From: Hypanus sabinus
Taxonomy: Eukaryota
Assembly (NCBI RefSeq): GCF_030144855.1
Contig: NW_026780455.1
Location: 186,001 to 250,000 of the forward strand
Direction of reading: 5' to 3'
Length of the DNA stretch: 64,000 nucleotides
Part shown: positions 11,471-25,060 of the stretch, in pieces
How the letters are laid out: every line of letters begins with the position of its first letter
Numbering within the stretch: the stretch's first letter is position 1
The notes under the pieces: generated by a model
What the model was told of the DNA's origin: nothing
Seen by the model: the letters and a program-made list of their open reading frames with translations, nothing else
The model's database searches: none
Position numbers and translations under genes: made by a program

Positions 11471-12365
11471 ATGTTTCTCTTACTGGGGATGATAACGTTA
11501 TTTCATGGTGAGTATTTCATGAAACGGGCCTGTTTTGTTTCAGCTTTTACTGCACTTTTACTTCTCACAGTCACTCACTATCGCACTGGCTTTCCGTCCT
11601 CACGTTTTTTATGTATGCTTTCGCCAACTTCTTCTCTATTCTCTCATCCCCTTTACCTGTCCCTATCTCTTTTCCGTGTGCACTCATCGTTTGTAATTGC
11701 ATAACTTCACTCAGCTCGACAACTTTTTTTAAACTTTTTTCCATCTTTAACCCTTTCTCTGATATTCTCCTGTCCATCTCCATTTGCTTCCACCTGTCCA
11801 TTTATCTTTTTAGTGCGTCTGCGTATTGGTTTATGTTTTAAATATCATTAACTATCTAACTGTCTGCTTGTCTATCTTCTTATCTAAGTTCTCGCCAATC
11901 CATTTATCTATCTATTAAACCAGAACGCTCTGGCGATCGATGTATGTAAGTATGCATATCTGTATCTATCTGTTCGTTTGCATGTTTGAATGCCTATCTA
12001 TCTATCACTCTATCATTGAGGTACGTTAATTTGAAATTATTTTGATTGTCGATTTTAACCTTTCTAGGGGCACGGAGTGAATTAGTTTTCCAAAAAGACC
12101 GATTCCTCACAGTACCCGAACGGGGTTCTGTGATGATATCCTGTTTTGTGCAAAATACCCACCCCAGGACCTACTGGTATCGACAGGCTCCCAACCAGGG
12201 GCTGGAGCTCCTGATCACCGCCTATAGGAATAACGCCCCGGAGATATCCGAAGGATTCAGGAACAGACTGTCAGCAGTCAGGGGGTCAGACGATTCCTAC
12301 CATCTTATCCTGACTGGGCTGCTCCCCGGGGACATGGCTGTGTATTTCTGCGCAAGCGACAGCAC
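11471..12365 (+). CDS. TRBV: TCR (probably beta) V gene segment 'V4', apparently functional; leader exon 11471-11507, V exon 12068-12365
   Basis: Leader MFLLLGMITLFH + GTGAGT; acceptor tttctAG; open V exon ARSELVFQKDRFLTVPERGSVMISC...YWYRQAPNQGLELL...GDMAVYFCASDS; 23-RSS follows. Confidence 0.92.
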
Positions 12366-12404
12366 CACAGCAGTGCCGGCAGACTAACATATACTGCAAA
12401 AACC
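12366..12404 (+). other. Recombination signal sequence (23-bp spacer) of V4
   Basis: CACAGCA - 23 nt - GCAAAAACC. Confidence 0.92.
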
Positions 12405-14039
12405 TATCGTCAAACATAGCCTCCAACCGCCTTCACCACACTCCCCTCCCACCTCCCCTCATCCCCTCAGTGGCAACGGTTTCATAACCGGGGCACATTC
12501 AGAGGAACCCTTGACTCCCGAAATTCCATGCAGCCAAATGTTCCCACTGGTCTCCATGGCGACATTACTGACGCTTAGTAACCCATTAACATTTTCAGCT
12601 ATTAATATTTTCATTAATACATTAATATTAAATATTAATATTAATTAGTAAACATTAATATTTTCAGCTATTGTATGTTTAATACCTAATTATGCATCTG
12701 TCTATCTAATATATCTGCCTTACTGTCTATCGGTCCCTCTTTTTATCTATCTATCCATGTGTCATTCCATCGGTCTATCTATCTACCTGTCGATCTATCT
12801 ATATCTGTCTGTCTGCCTCTATCTAATTTCTCCGTCAGTCCATCTGTCTGACTGACTACNNNNNNNNNNNNNNNNNNNNNNNNNNNNNNNNNNNNNNNNN
12901 NNNNNNNNNNNNNNNNNNNNNNNNNNNNNNNNNNNNNNNNNNNNNNNNNNNNNNNNNNNNNNNNNNNNNNNNNNNNNNNNNNNNNNNNNNNNNNNNNNNN
13001 NNNNNNNNNNNNNNNNNNNNNNNNNNNNNNNNNNNNNNNNNNNNNNNNNNNNNNNNNNNNNNNNNNNNNNNNNNNNTAGTCCTTGCACTGGACCTGGGGA
13101 AACAAACTCGTTGTTCATCTGGCGCGACATCACCAGCTTTGTCTGTGGCCATCTGTTCTCCATTTGTATACTTTAAGACTGAGAGCAGGAAACGTCTCCG
13201 AGAAATGTCCGAACACTCTCACCCTCGTATCTTTCTGGTAAATTATCTAAATTTCTGCGATAAGGGCCAGCACCGGCCCAAATTTTTTATTGCTGTAGAA
13301 GCTCCGACGCGTCTATCCTTTCGATAAAAAAAAACTTCAAAGTACAGGTGCCACCTAGCAAAGGTTTCGGGACCGCGAACTCCTGACAAATACAGAATTC
13401 AGCTGCGTGTGTGGCATCTCTATTTTTCCGGAAAGCCTAACGGTTTCCGATTTGCACAACGTAATTTACAACTTTATACAGGAGCGTACAACACAGGAAC
13501 AGGCAGTTCGGCCAACAATCCGGAGACTCACGAGCTAAGAAGCAAATCTAAAACACCGAAAAACGAATCCTTTTCACATATTGCATGTCCACTTCCCTCC
13601 TTCTTCCTCAGATTTGTACGTCTATCGACATTTCCATTTAAAGGCACTAATATATTAGCCTTTCCCACCAGACCAGATAGGCCATTCCTTGACTCTCTTT
13701 CAAATATGTTTATTAAATTCCATATACACAAATACAAAATTCATATGTATATTTATTATACATCGAAATAAGTTAGCACAAAATGCAGTATATATAAATC
13801 GCACTGATGCAATCCTTGATCATGATCAATCAAATACAATAAATTGAATTCTGAAATACAATAATTATATGGTTAATGATATTATTTAAAAATCCTACAC
13901 CCACTATCAAGAACAAGTTGGGTGAAAAAAAAAGAGCAAAATGAGCACTGTACCAGGTAGTGCTTTGATATAATAGCCCAGATCTGTAACAATAACAATT
14001 CAAAGTTTATTAAAATAGTTCAGAAAGTGTCCCCATAGA

Positions 14040-14450
14040 TGTTTGAATCAGAAGTCCAACAACGAATCTTCTCTAGATTTAAACATGACATAACATCGTA
14101 TAACCATTACGCATGTGTGTGTGCCGTGGTGGGGGGACTTCATTCCATTTAAGCAAGATCGCTATCCAAGACAAATAGAAATAAAAGCCAGTAGCTGCAA
14201 ATAAGAAGGCTCCATACTTATAACTCTCCTCAAAAACACCAAGTAATGCAGTCAAAGGATTGGGGTTAAAATTAACTTTAAAAATGTACCGAGAGAGTTT
14301 GGGATACATCTTTCCAAACTTTTCCAAGCTGGAACATGACTAAAACATAGAATTAATGAATCCTCTCTGATTATTACCTGTTCATTATCTGAGTAAAATA
14401 ATAACCCTGACATCCTACTTAAATCCTGGGAAAAGTATTCTGCATGTCTA
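14040..14450 (-). mobile_element. L1/Tx1-type LINE ORF2 C-terminal fragment
   Basis: FKVNFNPNPLTALLGVF...IAILLKWNEVPPP resembles fish L1 ORF2 C-termini. Confidence 0.55.
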
Positions 14451-14479
14451 TACCTTTCATAATCTTATAAACCTCCATT

Positions 14480-15950
14480 GGGGAGGGGTCAGAGTAGATT
14501 CACGAGCTTGCTGCCAGGAAAGAAAGGGTTACCGTAAGAGGAACGTCTGTCAGCTCTTGGGCTGTATTCCCTGGAGTTCAACAGAAGGAGAGGGGTTATT
14601 GTAGAACCAGTAGGAATGTTATAAGGCCTGAACAGAGTGGATATGACAGGTGTTCTCCAAGGTAGGGGATTCTAGGAGAAGAAAGCTTGAAGGACATCCT
14701 TTTAGAACTGAGATGCAGAAGAAATTACTTTAGTCGGAAGGAGGTAAATTTCTTGCCACGACCGGCTGTAGAGACCAAGTCATTGAATGCATTTAAAGCA
14801 GTATAGATAGTTTCTTGATTAGGTAGATTTAAAATGGTAATGGGAGAAGGCAGAGGAGTGGGGATGACTGGAAGTATTGGGGGAGACAATGCTTGAATAA
14901 CGGAGCAGATTCGATGGGCCAAATGGGCTACTTCTTCTCCTATATTTTATGGTGTTACGTTCTTTCAGATCTCCCCTCAGCCTCCGCTACTCCTGCGAAA
15001 ACAATCAAGTTTCCCCAGCTTCCCATGATCGCGCAGTTTTTTCTAAAGCTGTCAGCTTCCTGGTGAATCTCCTCAGAACCCTTTCCACTCTTCAGATTTC
15101 TTCCTGTAGTGGAGCGACCATATGTCTCTGTAATTCTCAAAAAGCAGACTGACGAGATTTCTATAAAGTTGCAACATAATATCTTGACTTTTGAAGACAG
15201 TGCCTTGACTAATAAAAGCAGGCACACCGTAATGCTTCTTAACCAACATATAGACATGCACAGCCATTTTCAAGGATCTATGAGCTTGTACCCCAGGATC
15301 TCCCTGTTGAAAGACACTTGTTAGGGTGACATTCCGTTTGAATTTGCCCTGCCAAAGTAAAACACCTCACTAAAACACGAGATTCCGTGGAACTGAAGAG
15401 AAATCCGGACTGTATGTTATTCCCAGGATCCATGGTCAGGGAAGTCCCGGGTCGGGCTCACGACACTCTGGGTGAGGAGCCAGAAGTATCGGTATATGTT
15501 GGTACAACCGACATCTCTTAACATCTCCTCTGTACCTACTTACAAACAATTTAAACTGTGCCTTCATTGTATTACCCGATTTAGATCTGGGAAAAGAAAA
15601 CCTCCGACTATCCACACAATCAATGCCTCTCATCATGTTATACTCCTCGCTCAGGTCACCTCCCAAATACGTCGCTCCAAGGAGAAAAGGCGGAGTTCAC
15701 TCAAATTATTCTCATAAGGCATACTCTCCAATCCAGGTTACATCCTTGTTAATCCGTTCTGCAACCTTCCTATGGTTTCCACGTCCTTCCTGTCGTGACG
15801 CGACCAGAGCTGAGCACGTGGGTTCTGACCAGTTTCCTATATTGCTGCAACATTACCTCTCGGCTGTTAAACTCAATCCCACGATTGGTGAAGGCCAATG
15901 CACCGCACGCCTTCTTAACCACAGGGTCAACCTGCACAGCTCCTTTGAGC
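14480..15950. mobile_element. Cluster of CR1 fragments in both orientations
   Basis: CR1 3' end (+, ~14480-14950) and RT C-terminal pieces (-, e.g. AFISQGTVFKSQDIMLQLYRNLV; CGALAFTNRGIEFNSREVMLQQYRKLVR). Confidence 0.75.
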
Positions 15951-15954
15951 GACC

Positions 15955-16290
15955 TATGGACTCGTGCGCCAAGACCTCTCTGATTCTTAGTCGGATGAGG
16001 AAGTTTTGTATGGGCCCCCAAATCCAAACAACTTTCTACAGGGGCACAATTAACAGCATGCTGACTGGCTGCACCACTGCCTGGTATGGGAACTGTAACT
16101 CCCTTAATCGTCGGACTCTGCATAGTGTGGTGCGGACAGCTCAGCGCGTCTGCAGTTGTGAACTTCCCATGATTGAGGACATTAACAAGGACGGCCATCC
16201 CAAACACAATCTATTCCAACTGCTCCCATCCTGAAAGCGGTACCAATTGGATTCGGGGCAGCTTCTTCTACCAGGCCGTTAGAATGAGCA
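15955..16290 (+). mobile_element. Rex1/Babar-like LINE C-terminal fragment
   Basis: TTFYRGTINSMLTGCTTAWYGNC...LHSVVRTAQRV...HNLFQLLPS. Confidence 0.75.
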
Positions 16291-18650
16291 ATGAGGAAGC
16301 GTTAGTTAGCAATCTTTTCCTGCGATGCCCCTTGGGTAAGAGTGACCATAATATGGTGGAATTCTGCATTAAGATGGAGAGTGACATAGCTAATTCAGAT
16401 ACAAAGATTCTGAACTTAAAGAAGGGTAACTTTGAAGGTATGAGACGTGAATTAGTTAAGATAGACTGGCAAATGATACTTAAAGGGTTGACAGTGGATA
16501 TGCAATGACAAGCATTTAAAGATCGCATGGATGAACTACAACAGTTGTTCATCCCAGTCTGGCAAAAGAATAAATCAGGGAATAAACCAGTGCGCCCGTG
16601 GCTGACAAGGGAAATTAGTGATAGTATCAAGTCCAAAGAAGAAACATATTAATTAAAACGCGGCACACCTGAGGACTGCGAGAAATTCAGAGACCAGCAG
16701 AGGAGAACAAAGGTCTTAACTAGGAAAAGGAAATAAAAAGATTATGAGAGAAAGCTGGCAGGGAACATAAAAACTGACTAAAAGACTTTATAGCTAAGTG
16801 AATAGAAAAAGAATGGTCAAGACAAATGTAGGTCCTTTACAGTCAGAAACAGGCGAATTGATCATAGGGAGCAAATTCATGGCAGAGCAAATGAAAAACT
16901 ACTTTGGTTCTGTTTTCACTAAGGAGGACATAAACAATCTTCCGGAAAAAGTAAGGGACCGAGGGTCTCGTGAGATGGAGGAACTGAGGGAAATACATGT
17001 TTGTAAGGAAGTGGTGTTAGGTAAATTGAAGGGATTAAAGACAGACAAATCCCCAGGGCCAGATGGTCTGCATTCCAGAGTGCTTAAGGAAGTAGCCCAA
17101 GAAATAGTGGCTGCATTAGCGATAATTTTTCTAAACTCCTCATATTCTGGATTAGTTCCTAAGGATTGGAGGGTGGCTAACCCCACTTTTTTTAAAATAA
17201 AGAGGGAGAGAGAAACCGGGGAATTAATGACCGGTTAGTCTGACATCGGTGGTGCGGAAAATGCTAGAGACGGTTATCAAACATGTGATAACAGCACATT
17301 TAGAAAGAGGTGAAATCATCGGACAAAGTCAGCACGGATTTGTGAAATGAAAATCATGTCTGACGAATCTTATATAATTTTTTGAAGATGTAACTAGTAG
17401 AGTGGATAGGGGAGAACCAGTGGATGTGGTATATTTAGATTTTCAAAAGTCTTTTGGCAAGGTCCCACAAGGAGATTGGCAAGGAGATTAGTGTGCAAAT
17501 TTAAAGCACACGGTATTGGGGGTATGGTATTGATGTTGATAGAGAACTGGTTGGAAGTCAGGAAGCAAAGAGTGGGAGTAAACGGGCCCTTTTCAGAATG
17601 GCAGGCAATGACTCGTGGGGTACCGCAAGGCTCAGTGCTGGGACCCCAGTTGTTTACAATATATATTAATGATATAGACGAGGGAATTAAATGCAGCATC
17701 TCCAAGTTTCCGGATGACACGAAGCTGTGCGGCGGTGTTAGCTCTGAGGAGGATGCTGAGAGGATGCAGGGTGACTTGGATAGGTTAGGTGAGAGGGCAA
17801 ATCATGGCAGATGCAATTTAATGTGGATAAATGTGACGGTATCCACTTTGGTTGCAAGAACAGGAAAACAATTATTATCAGAACGGTGGCCGATTAGGAA
17901 AAGGCTGGTGCAACGAGACCTGGGTGTCATTGTACACCAGTCATTGAATGTGGACATGCAGGTACAGCAGGGGGTGAAAAGGCAAATTGTATGTTGGCAG
18001 TCATAGCAAAAGGACTTGAGTACAGGAGCAGGGAGGTTCTACTGCAGTTGTTCAAGGCCTTGGTGAGACCGCGCTTAAAATTATTGTGCGCAGTTTTGGT
18101 CCCCTCATCTGAGGAAAGACATTCTTGCCATAGAGGAAGTACAGAGAAGGTTCGTTCACCAGATTGATTCCTGGGATGGCAGGACTTTCATATGAAGAAA
18201 GACTGGATTGACTCGTCTTATACTCACTGGAATTGAGAAGTTTGAGGGGGGAACTTATTGAAACGTATAAAATTCTAAAGGGTTTGGACAGGCGAGATGC
18301 AGGAAGATTGTTTCCGATTTTGGGTAAGTCCAGAACGAGGGGTCACAGTTTAAGGATTAAAGGGAAGCCTTTTAGCACCGAGATAAGGAAAAACTTCTTC
18401 ACACAGAGAGTGGTAAATCTGTGGAATTCTCAGCCACAGGAAACAGTTGAGGCCGGTTCATTGGCTATATTTAAGAGGAAGTTAGATATGGCCCTTGTGG
18501 CTAAAGGGATCGGGGATATGGAGAGAAAGCAGGTACAGGGTTCTGAGTTGGATGATCAGCCATGATCATACTGAATGGTGGTCCAGGCTCGAAGGGCCGA
18601 AGGGCCTACTCCTTGCACCTATTTTTAATGTTTCTATGTTTCTATGACTT
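16290..18650 (+). mobile_element. CR1 LINE, 5'-truncated, disrupted ORF2 with 3' end
   Basis: KSPGPDGLHSRVLKE, GVPQGSVLGPQLFTIYINDID, SKFPDDTK, LRGELIETYKIL, RKNFFTQRVVNLWNS; multiple frameshifts. Confidence 0.93.
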
Positions 18651-19689
18651 GAGTGATTTTTACTCCTCATGTTTGTGAAGGATGTAAGAAATAATGTCAA
18701 TTCAATTCAATTTAAATCTTTATCATTTTATTTACTTTACAACTAAGAGCTCATGTTGTTCCACTGTCTGTGGACGCTGCCGGAACTCCTGGGAAATTCC
18801 GGTGTGGTTGTTCTAATAGTTGTGGTACTTTTAGCTAATTCCATGTACATACCTCTCTCTGTCTGAACATGTTACTCCCAAATTATCACCATTTCACCAC
18901 GAAGCTATACGTTCAGTCTGGAAGAGTTATCTCCCTAATCCTTCCCCACTTCAGAGCCTTTTTTAAAGATTCAGCAGAGTGAAGCAACATCGTCCAATTA
19001 CCCCCGGGTGACCAAATAACCTACTACCATTTAGGTCTTCGGAAACCGGAGCACCCGCATGAAATTTACGCGGTCCAGAGTAGAACGTTGGAATTCCTTA
19101 TAAAACTGAACGAGGCTCGCTGGCGATGCCATACCGTCACGTCAACCGTGCTGCCCCTGAATACTACTCGGCTTTGTAAATGTAATTGCATCAGCCACTT
19201 CCCGTGTGCAGAGAAGCTTCATCGCATTTTCCCCCTCCTGTTAAACCTATATTTTTCGACAGAACAGATACTGCAGACACTGGAAAACAAAAGTAGCAGA
19301 GAAGGTAATGGTTAGGGAGCCGGTCATGGAGGCCGGTGTGACCGTCGGTGTAGGAGGGGATTACGGATTCGGGGAGGGATATAGGGGAGGGGAAAATAGC
19401 GGAAACGGGGCCTATGTACGAGAGGGAGGGTCTGACGGAGATGGTGAGCAGCGTATTGGAGGGGGAGATCACAATAACCGGGCTATGTAGGGGAGGGAGA
19501 GGTTACTGAGAAGCGGAGGGTTGCAGGGGATAGATGGAATGGCAGGGACAGGGATGTACGTAAGGGAGGACGAGGGTAATGGAGATCGAGATAGGCGTAG
19601 AGAAGTGAGTGTTGACGGAGAATGGGAGGGGCGACCTCTGAGTTGACTCAAGACAGCTGAACACCCTTTTCGGACCAAACTGTAATTAG

Positions 19690-19985
19690 TGGCCCTTCGC
19701 TACTTAATCAATACATTCTTCCCCCTCGATTGGAGCTGGCGGGAAGACGCACTTCGCATGCACGCTGGTACTGGTAGAGAATGTGTGGACACTGGATCTC
19801 TTGTTAACCTCCGCTGGGCAAGTCTCCATCAGCACCTACACGCCTGTCGGATACACGGCCAAGATGTTCAGTGATACGTGCTTGTCACTGGAAATGAAGG
19901 AACCCTCGCCCTCTCAATCGGCCGTCCTCTTCTGCGCTTGCTGTACCTCGCAGAGCTTCAAGAGGTGGACCTCCCTTAGAAAACC
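19690..19985 (+). pseudogene. Degenerate TCR V relic with frameshifts and decayed RSS
   Basis: Across frames: AGGKTHFAC (Cys 19759-19761), TACTGGTAGAGA (YW*R, 19769-19780), TLDLLLTSAGQ...GYTAK...LSLEMKEP..SQSAVLFCAC; then CGCAGAG - 21 nt - TAGAAAACC (19949-19985). No convincing leader found. Confidence 0.65.
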
Positions 19986-20539
19986 GTTCCCCAACTTGGA
20001 CGATGGAGGTGAGACTGATCCCCAACAAACGCCGTGGTAACTCTGTTTCCTCGGCTGTATTGAAGTACATTTGTTCTTCCTCGAGGTGGCAGCACATGTA
20101 ATATATCGGGCTCACGTCTTACACGATTGTGTCACAGTGACAGATCCAGGACTGGCCTGCTTTTGTCAACTGGAAGAAGTGATGACGTATTTCTATTAAT
20201 TCTAAAATGATTTCTTTTAAAATTCCTGGATAATTTCTTCTCATTTACTTTCTTTGGCGATACAGCAATCCTACCAGCCCAACGGATACGCGCAGGACAA
20301 TTTCTCCCACGTGACCATTTGATTAATCAACTCTTACGTCTTTGCACTATGGGAGGAAATCGAACGACACTGAGGAGACCCACGCAGTTATGGAGAAATC
20401 AGAACGAAACGCGGGCTCATGTCGCTGACAGGACGCAGAGAAAGAGCTAGACAGATGGAGAGAGACAGTGAAAGTGAGAAAGAGAGAGGGACAGTGACAC
20501 AGGGTGTTACTACAAAACGTTATTTAATGTCGTAGAGTG

Positions 20540-20610
20540 CGAGGGACAGAGACAGAGAGAGAGACACAGACAGACTGACAGACAGACAGACACGACAGAC
20601 AGAGAGACGG
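20540..20610 (+). repeat. (GA)n/(GACA)n microsatellite; other simple repeats at 2577-2592 (AG), 11830-12010 and 12700-12860 (TATC-like), 31340-31660 (CT-rich), 43030-43070 and 62716-62745 (AATG/TTCA)
   Basis: Directly visible short-period repeats. Confidence 0.85.
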
Positions 20611-22019
20611 AGAGTAAAAGGGTAATAACAAATCACTTTTCATGAGTTCATGAATCTTCATAAATCTGCTGGTGCGGTGTATGAAGCTGTTCCGGAATCG
20701 TTAAGTACGGGTCTTCGGTCTCCTCTACCTGCTGCCCGATGTTGGCAAGGAGCCGAAGTCATGACCCTGGTGGCGCGGGTTCTCAGTGCTGGTGGGCGCG
20801 ATGCTCATCTCCCAACAATATCCAGACTATTGGGGATGATTGAGTCCCTGCTGAGGCTGGCTTATTCCACAGCTCTCGCTGGGCTCTTGCTGGATGCACC
20901 GAATGAGTTGATTCTGCAACCCTCTACAGCCTCTTGCCATCCTGTGATTTAGAGCCTCAAAACAAGCGGCGTTAACATTCTAGATCACATCCAACTCCTA
21001 ACATGGTAAAACCACTGTCTTGTGTTGTTGCACTGTCCATCCCACCCACCCGGCTTCCAATCCCCCCTTTCGTTATCAGTTTATCAAACATCTACCATTC
21101 ATCCTTTCTGCTCGGATCACTTCATGCGCACTGGATAAGTGGGCGGTGAGAGTTGTTTGCTGACGTTTGCACACGTGACCGTACTGCTAATCGTTGTTTG
21201 CACACGGCTGTTTGCACCAGTGCCTTGTAAACTGCTGGTTGCTATTGTGTTGTCTGTAATGATCCTGCCCTGTGCTTTATGCCTGGCATTGAATCACAAT
21301 CAATCCTGGAATGTTTCACAGACGGGCAATAAACTGATTCAGATGTACTTGTGCACAACTGTACTTTGATCTTGACTCCAAATAAGAGTCTGAAAATTCC
21401 TAACATCGCACCATCCCCTCGTACTTTAATATGATTTATTTATCTAGAATCACATCGTGCAACAGGCCCTTCCGACCGAACGAGCCGCGTGGCCCGTCTA
21501 TTTTAACCCTAGCTTAACCACAGGACAATAGAATGACCAATCAACCTACCAAACGGTCCGCCTTCGGGAGGTGGGAGGAAACCAACGTGGTTCACGTGGA
21601 TAAAGTACAAAATCTCACAAATGCCGTCTGAAATTCACCTTGAACTCAGGACCGCCCGAGCTGTAATGGTGTCGCGCTAACAGCTACTCTGCTGTTCTCT
21701 TATTAATTTCAAAGACGGGATCTCCCGTACTAAATTGTTGTTTAATATCAAGTGAGTTTATTGCAAACCAGTAAGATGTGCAATTAGCTTAAAGTCTATA
21801 AATTGCCGCAGGGGTTATCGCTGAGATGATCCCCGTGTGGAGACGGAGTGCCCCCTGTTTCCACTGCAGCACCTGGACATTCGATCTCCAACGATCCAAT
21901 TCTGCGCACATTCCTCCAATCAGAGACATAGGAGTAAAACAGCCAATCACATGACGAGAGTCGTAATAAAGGGGCTGGTGGCGTATAGTCTGCCATCTTA
22001 CTTGAAGATGAAACAACAA

Positions 22020-23381
22020 ATGTCGACTGAGCGATTGATACTGCTAATCGCGACGGTGCTTTTCGTTCAGCGTAAGAATGTTTGCAAAGATTTAATTTGC
22101 TTATCGTTTGTTCGCTTCATTTAAGGAGTTCAGATGCATGAATCAAGGGTCATTGTCCATGGCGAGACACGTAGGACAGATGAAATTTAGTGTCCGTCCA
22201 TATTGAGATTCAAAAGTGGCCATGGAAGCGAGAAGGATCTTTCGCAGTTGAAGTTGTAAAGATAATTATCTGAAATTCAGAGTGCAAGGGTGCATTTTTT
22301 TTTATTTATGTCGAGGCAACTTTTGAAATAGTGTGTCAATTCTTCTCGCCGCATTTGTAGGAAGAATCCAATGTACTGTTGTTGTTTTTTTTTTATTTTG
22401 TTTTATTTATTTTTTGTTTTTGTGAACGGATTCCCAATATGTTGGCACGAAACTGGTCAGTGTTAGCTTTAATTAGATGTTAGACAAGCAGTGGATTCGG
22501 CGGTGGAAGGATAGTGATTGAGGTCTGTAAACTTATCAGGGCGGACAACCACAGTGAGTGCGGAGATGTCAGACGGCCGGAGTTTAAAGGGAGAGAGGGA
22601 ATGTTAAAAGGAGATTTCCATGTCCACTTTTGTAATCACAGTGGGTGTCTGAAGGTGACTTTGAAGAATTATTTAGATAGACCCGTGAATAGAGAGACAA
22701 GAAAGGGCAATGGAACACGTGCCGGCAGACTCGATTACGTAGACTGGCATCAGGCTTTTTCTTGCTCTGCACTGTTCCATAGTGATTGCACGGTGCGAAT
22801 CTGGCACAGGGAGAGATATGGAGACGGGAACTCTGCACCGTGCTCCTGACGTTTGGGTCTGGGCCTGGCCGGGGTGGGGGAGCATACGCAGACTGGAACA
22901 CTGCACACAGTTCTTTCCAATTCTGCAATGTCTTGTCTCTTTATGTCTTCTTTGCCAAATTTACTACCCACCTTTCCGAACCCTGTGGATCCCTTTTCCC
23001 CACCGCGCCGAAACTGTCTCTCCAGACCCCACCGTCCGACACTGCCTGTTCACTGATGCTTCTTTTCCCCGACATCCTTCCCCAGCCCCGAACTCGCAGA
23101 CAATCCGGCAGACTCCAGTGGCCTACAGCGGCTCTCCAGGAGACACCGTGACTCTGAGATGCACTCTGACGGGCAGCGGTACCTTTAGTATGTTCTGGTA
23201 CCGGCAGCGGGCGGGAGAGCAGCTTCGGAACCTGTTTTATTCCGTGAGCCCGGGTTCGGTTACACCGCAGGAGGCTGTCGATGGATTCACCGCCGTGTGA
23301 CCCGAAGAAACGCTATTCCTCCTGAACCTCTCCGAGCTGCAAGTCAGTCACTCGGCCTTGCTTCGCTGCGCCTGGAGTAAT
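22020..23381 (+). pseudogene. TRBV: TCR (probably beta) V segment 'V5', CAWS-type; leader exon 22020-22071 (in-frame upstream ATG at 22008), V exon 23086-23381; in-frame TGA at 23298-23300
   Basis: Leader MSTERLILLIATVLFVQ + GTAAGA, preceded by CCAAT, TGACG and TAATAAA; acceptor ccttccccAG; V exon PNSQTIRQTPVAYSGSPGDTVTLRC...MFWYRQRAGEQLRNLFYS...GFTAV*PEE...SALLRCAWSN; YxC motif degraded to LRC. Confidence 0.88.
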
Positions 23382-23420
23382 CACAGCGGCGCCGACAGAT
23401 ACAGCAGCGCTACAAAAACC
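23382..23420 (+). other. Recombination signal sequence (23-bp spacer) of V5
   Basis: CACAGCG - 23 nt - ACAAAAACC (consensus nonamer). Confidence 0.93.
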
Positions 23421-24089
23421 CTTCAGAAGCGAGAGTCAGGGGAGCGGAAGCCAGCTGGAGGGCTGTAAGATTATTCGCAACATGGAGAAGTGAAACTTAA
23501 TTTCGAGAAGCAACATCCCGTGGCTGAGTTTCTTGTCATCCGCCCAAAATCGTCTCTGCACATGCGCAGTGAAAAAGGAACTTCCAGCTGCATCAGAGAC
23601 ACATGACTCACCAGAAAGAAAAGTCAATTAAACTGTAATTATACACAATCCATGCAGTTCACAACACATTTGAAAAAAACGAAAAAAATCGGAGTCAATT
23701 GCTTGACAAATTGTTCGATTCGTGCCGGTCTGTTTGCCGAATGGTTGAAGGGAAGTCATTGTTCCTGAACCTAATCCTGTGAGGAATTTCACCTTCTCTA
23801 CCTCCTGTCCGATGGGGACTGCGAGAGGATGGCGTGGTGCAGACGGTGTGGGGACCTGCTGTGCGTGCTAATTGCAAACCAGAAACAAATTCAACGGGGG
23901 ACGCCTCCGCACGTTTGCCGGGGTTCTGAGAAAGTAAAATGGCTGACGCGGATTCGTGGCTATTCCCTCACTGGCGAGAGACTGTCTGGACCCAAGTGCT
24001 GGAGGATCCGAGGCTTGAATCACGAGGTGTGACTGAAACGAGAACAGACAACTAAACAAGAGGCTGGACGACAAAACAAGCAGTGGTGA

Positions 24090-25060
24090 CGATTGGTTAC
24101 CAGATATCTTGAAGTTGAGAAAGACGTTGGAGAGCCCTAATTTACAGTTTTCTGTACCGACTCCTTTATATACCTGCGGAACGACCTATGTGCGTTTGAA
24201 AGTAAAATGTACAAGAACGTCCCCGGGACTCCAGGACCCCAGTTATAAGGAAAGATTGAATAGGTTTGGAGTTTTTTGCTTGGAATGCAGAAAGCTGAGG
24301 GGGGATTTGACAGAGGGATACACAATTATGAGGATGAACAGAAGTAGTAATAATAGTCGTAGCCACAGATCCCAGGGGATCACTGGTTCGCTTCTCTGGC
24401 GAACTGCATCCACTCCAGGGCGCAAGCCTGGGCGGGAGGATTTGAAGAACCGGCTGTTGTCCATGCAGCGGCTTCTTCACGTCTCTGATGTAGTAACAAG
24501 GAAGGACAAGCGCCGCAACAGCTTGACGGCAGTTGTCGTCGTACAGGTTGCCAGAGTCAAGCTGCAAACAACATCAAGCTTCCTTAGGGACGCCAGCTCC
24601 GGATTTCTTCCTCGGGGCTTACCCCCGAAGCCTTTCCCATGGGTGCGCATGGCCGGAAGGCAGCGGAGGTGTAAAATCAGAGTGTTCCTTCTCCTCGGCG
24701 GGCTCCGGTCCAAGACTCACGAGCGCCACCTGGCCGTGTATGAGGGATATAGCTAGAGTAAATGCAAGCAGGCCTTTACACAGAGGCTGGATGGGGCAAC
24801 GTGAGGAAATGCGCTGAGGGTGAGAGTCGAAATGCTTAAGCGGAGCATGAGAGGAAGCGTCTTCAGTCAGGGGATGATGAAGGACAAGCGCACAAATGGT
24901 GCATGAGATTCCGATATCAACGTTTCAGAGAAGGTGCTTTTGGTTCATGTGTGGCAGAGCTATGGAGGACATCTGATCCGGGGATTGGTCAATGATATTG
25001 GGCAGTTTAATTAGTTCGGCACAGCTATATAGGCCGAAGCGTTTGTTTCTGAGCCCTACC
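24090..25060 (+). mobile_element. CR1 3' fragment interrupted by an ~400-bp RTE-like insertion (24334-24738) with TATGAGG target-site duplication
   Basis: SYKERLNRFGVFCLECRKLRGDLTEGYTIMR stops at TATGAGG (24327-24333) and CR1 resumes after TATGAGG (24739-24745). The RTE assignment of the insert is from recalled similarity only. Confidence 0.6.

Noticed and set aside
19263-19304. AG/GT-bounded 42-nt exon-like stretch upstream of the V relic
   Set aside because: Not hydrophobic, no ATG, and it resembles a common repeat-terminal motif (ATACTGCAGA..CTGGAAA).
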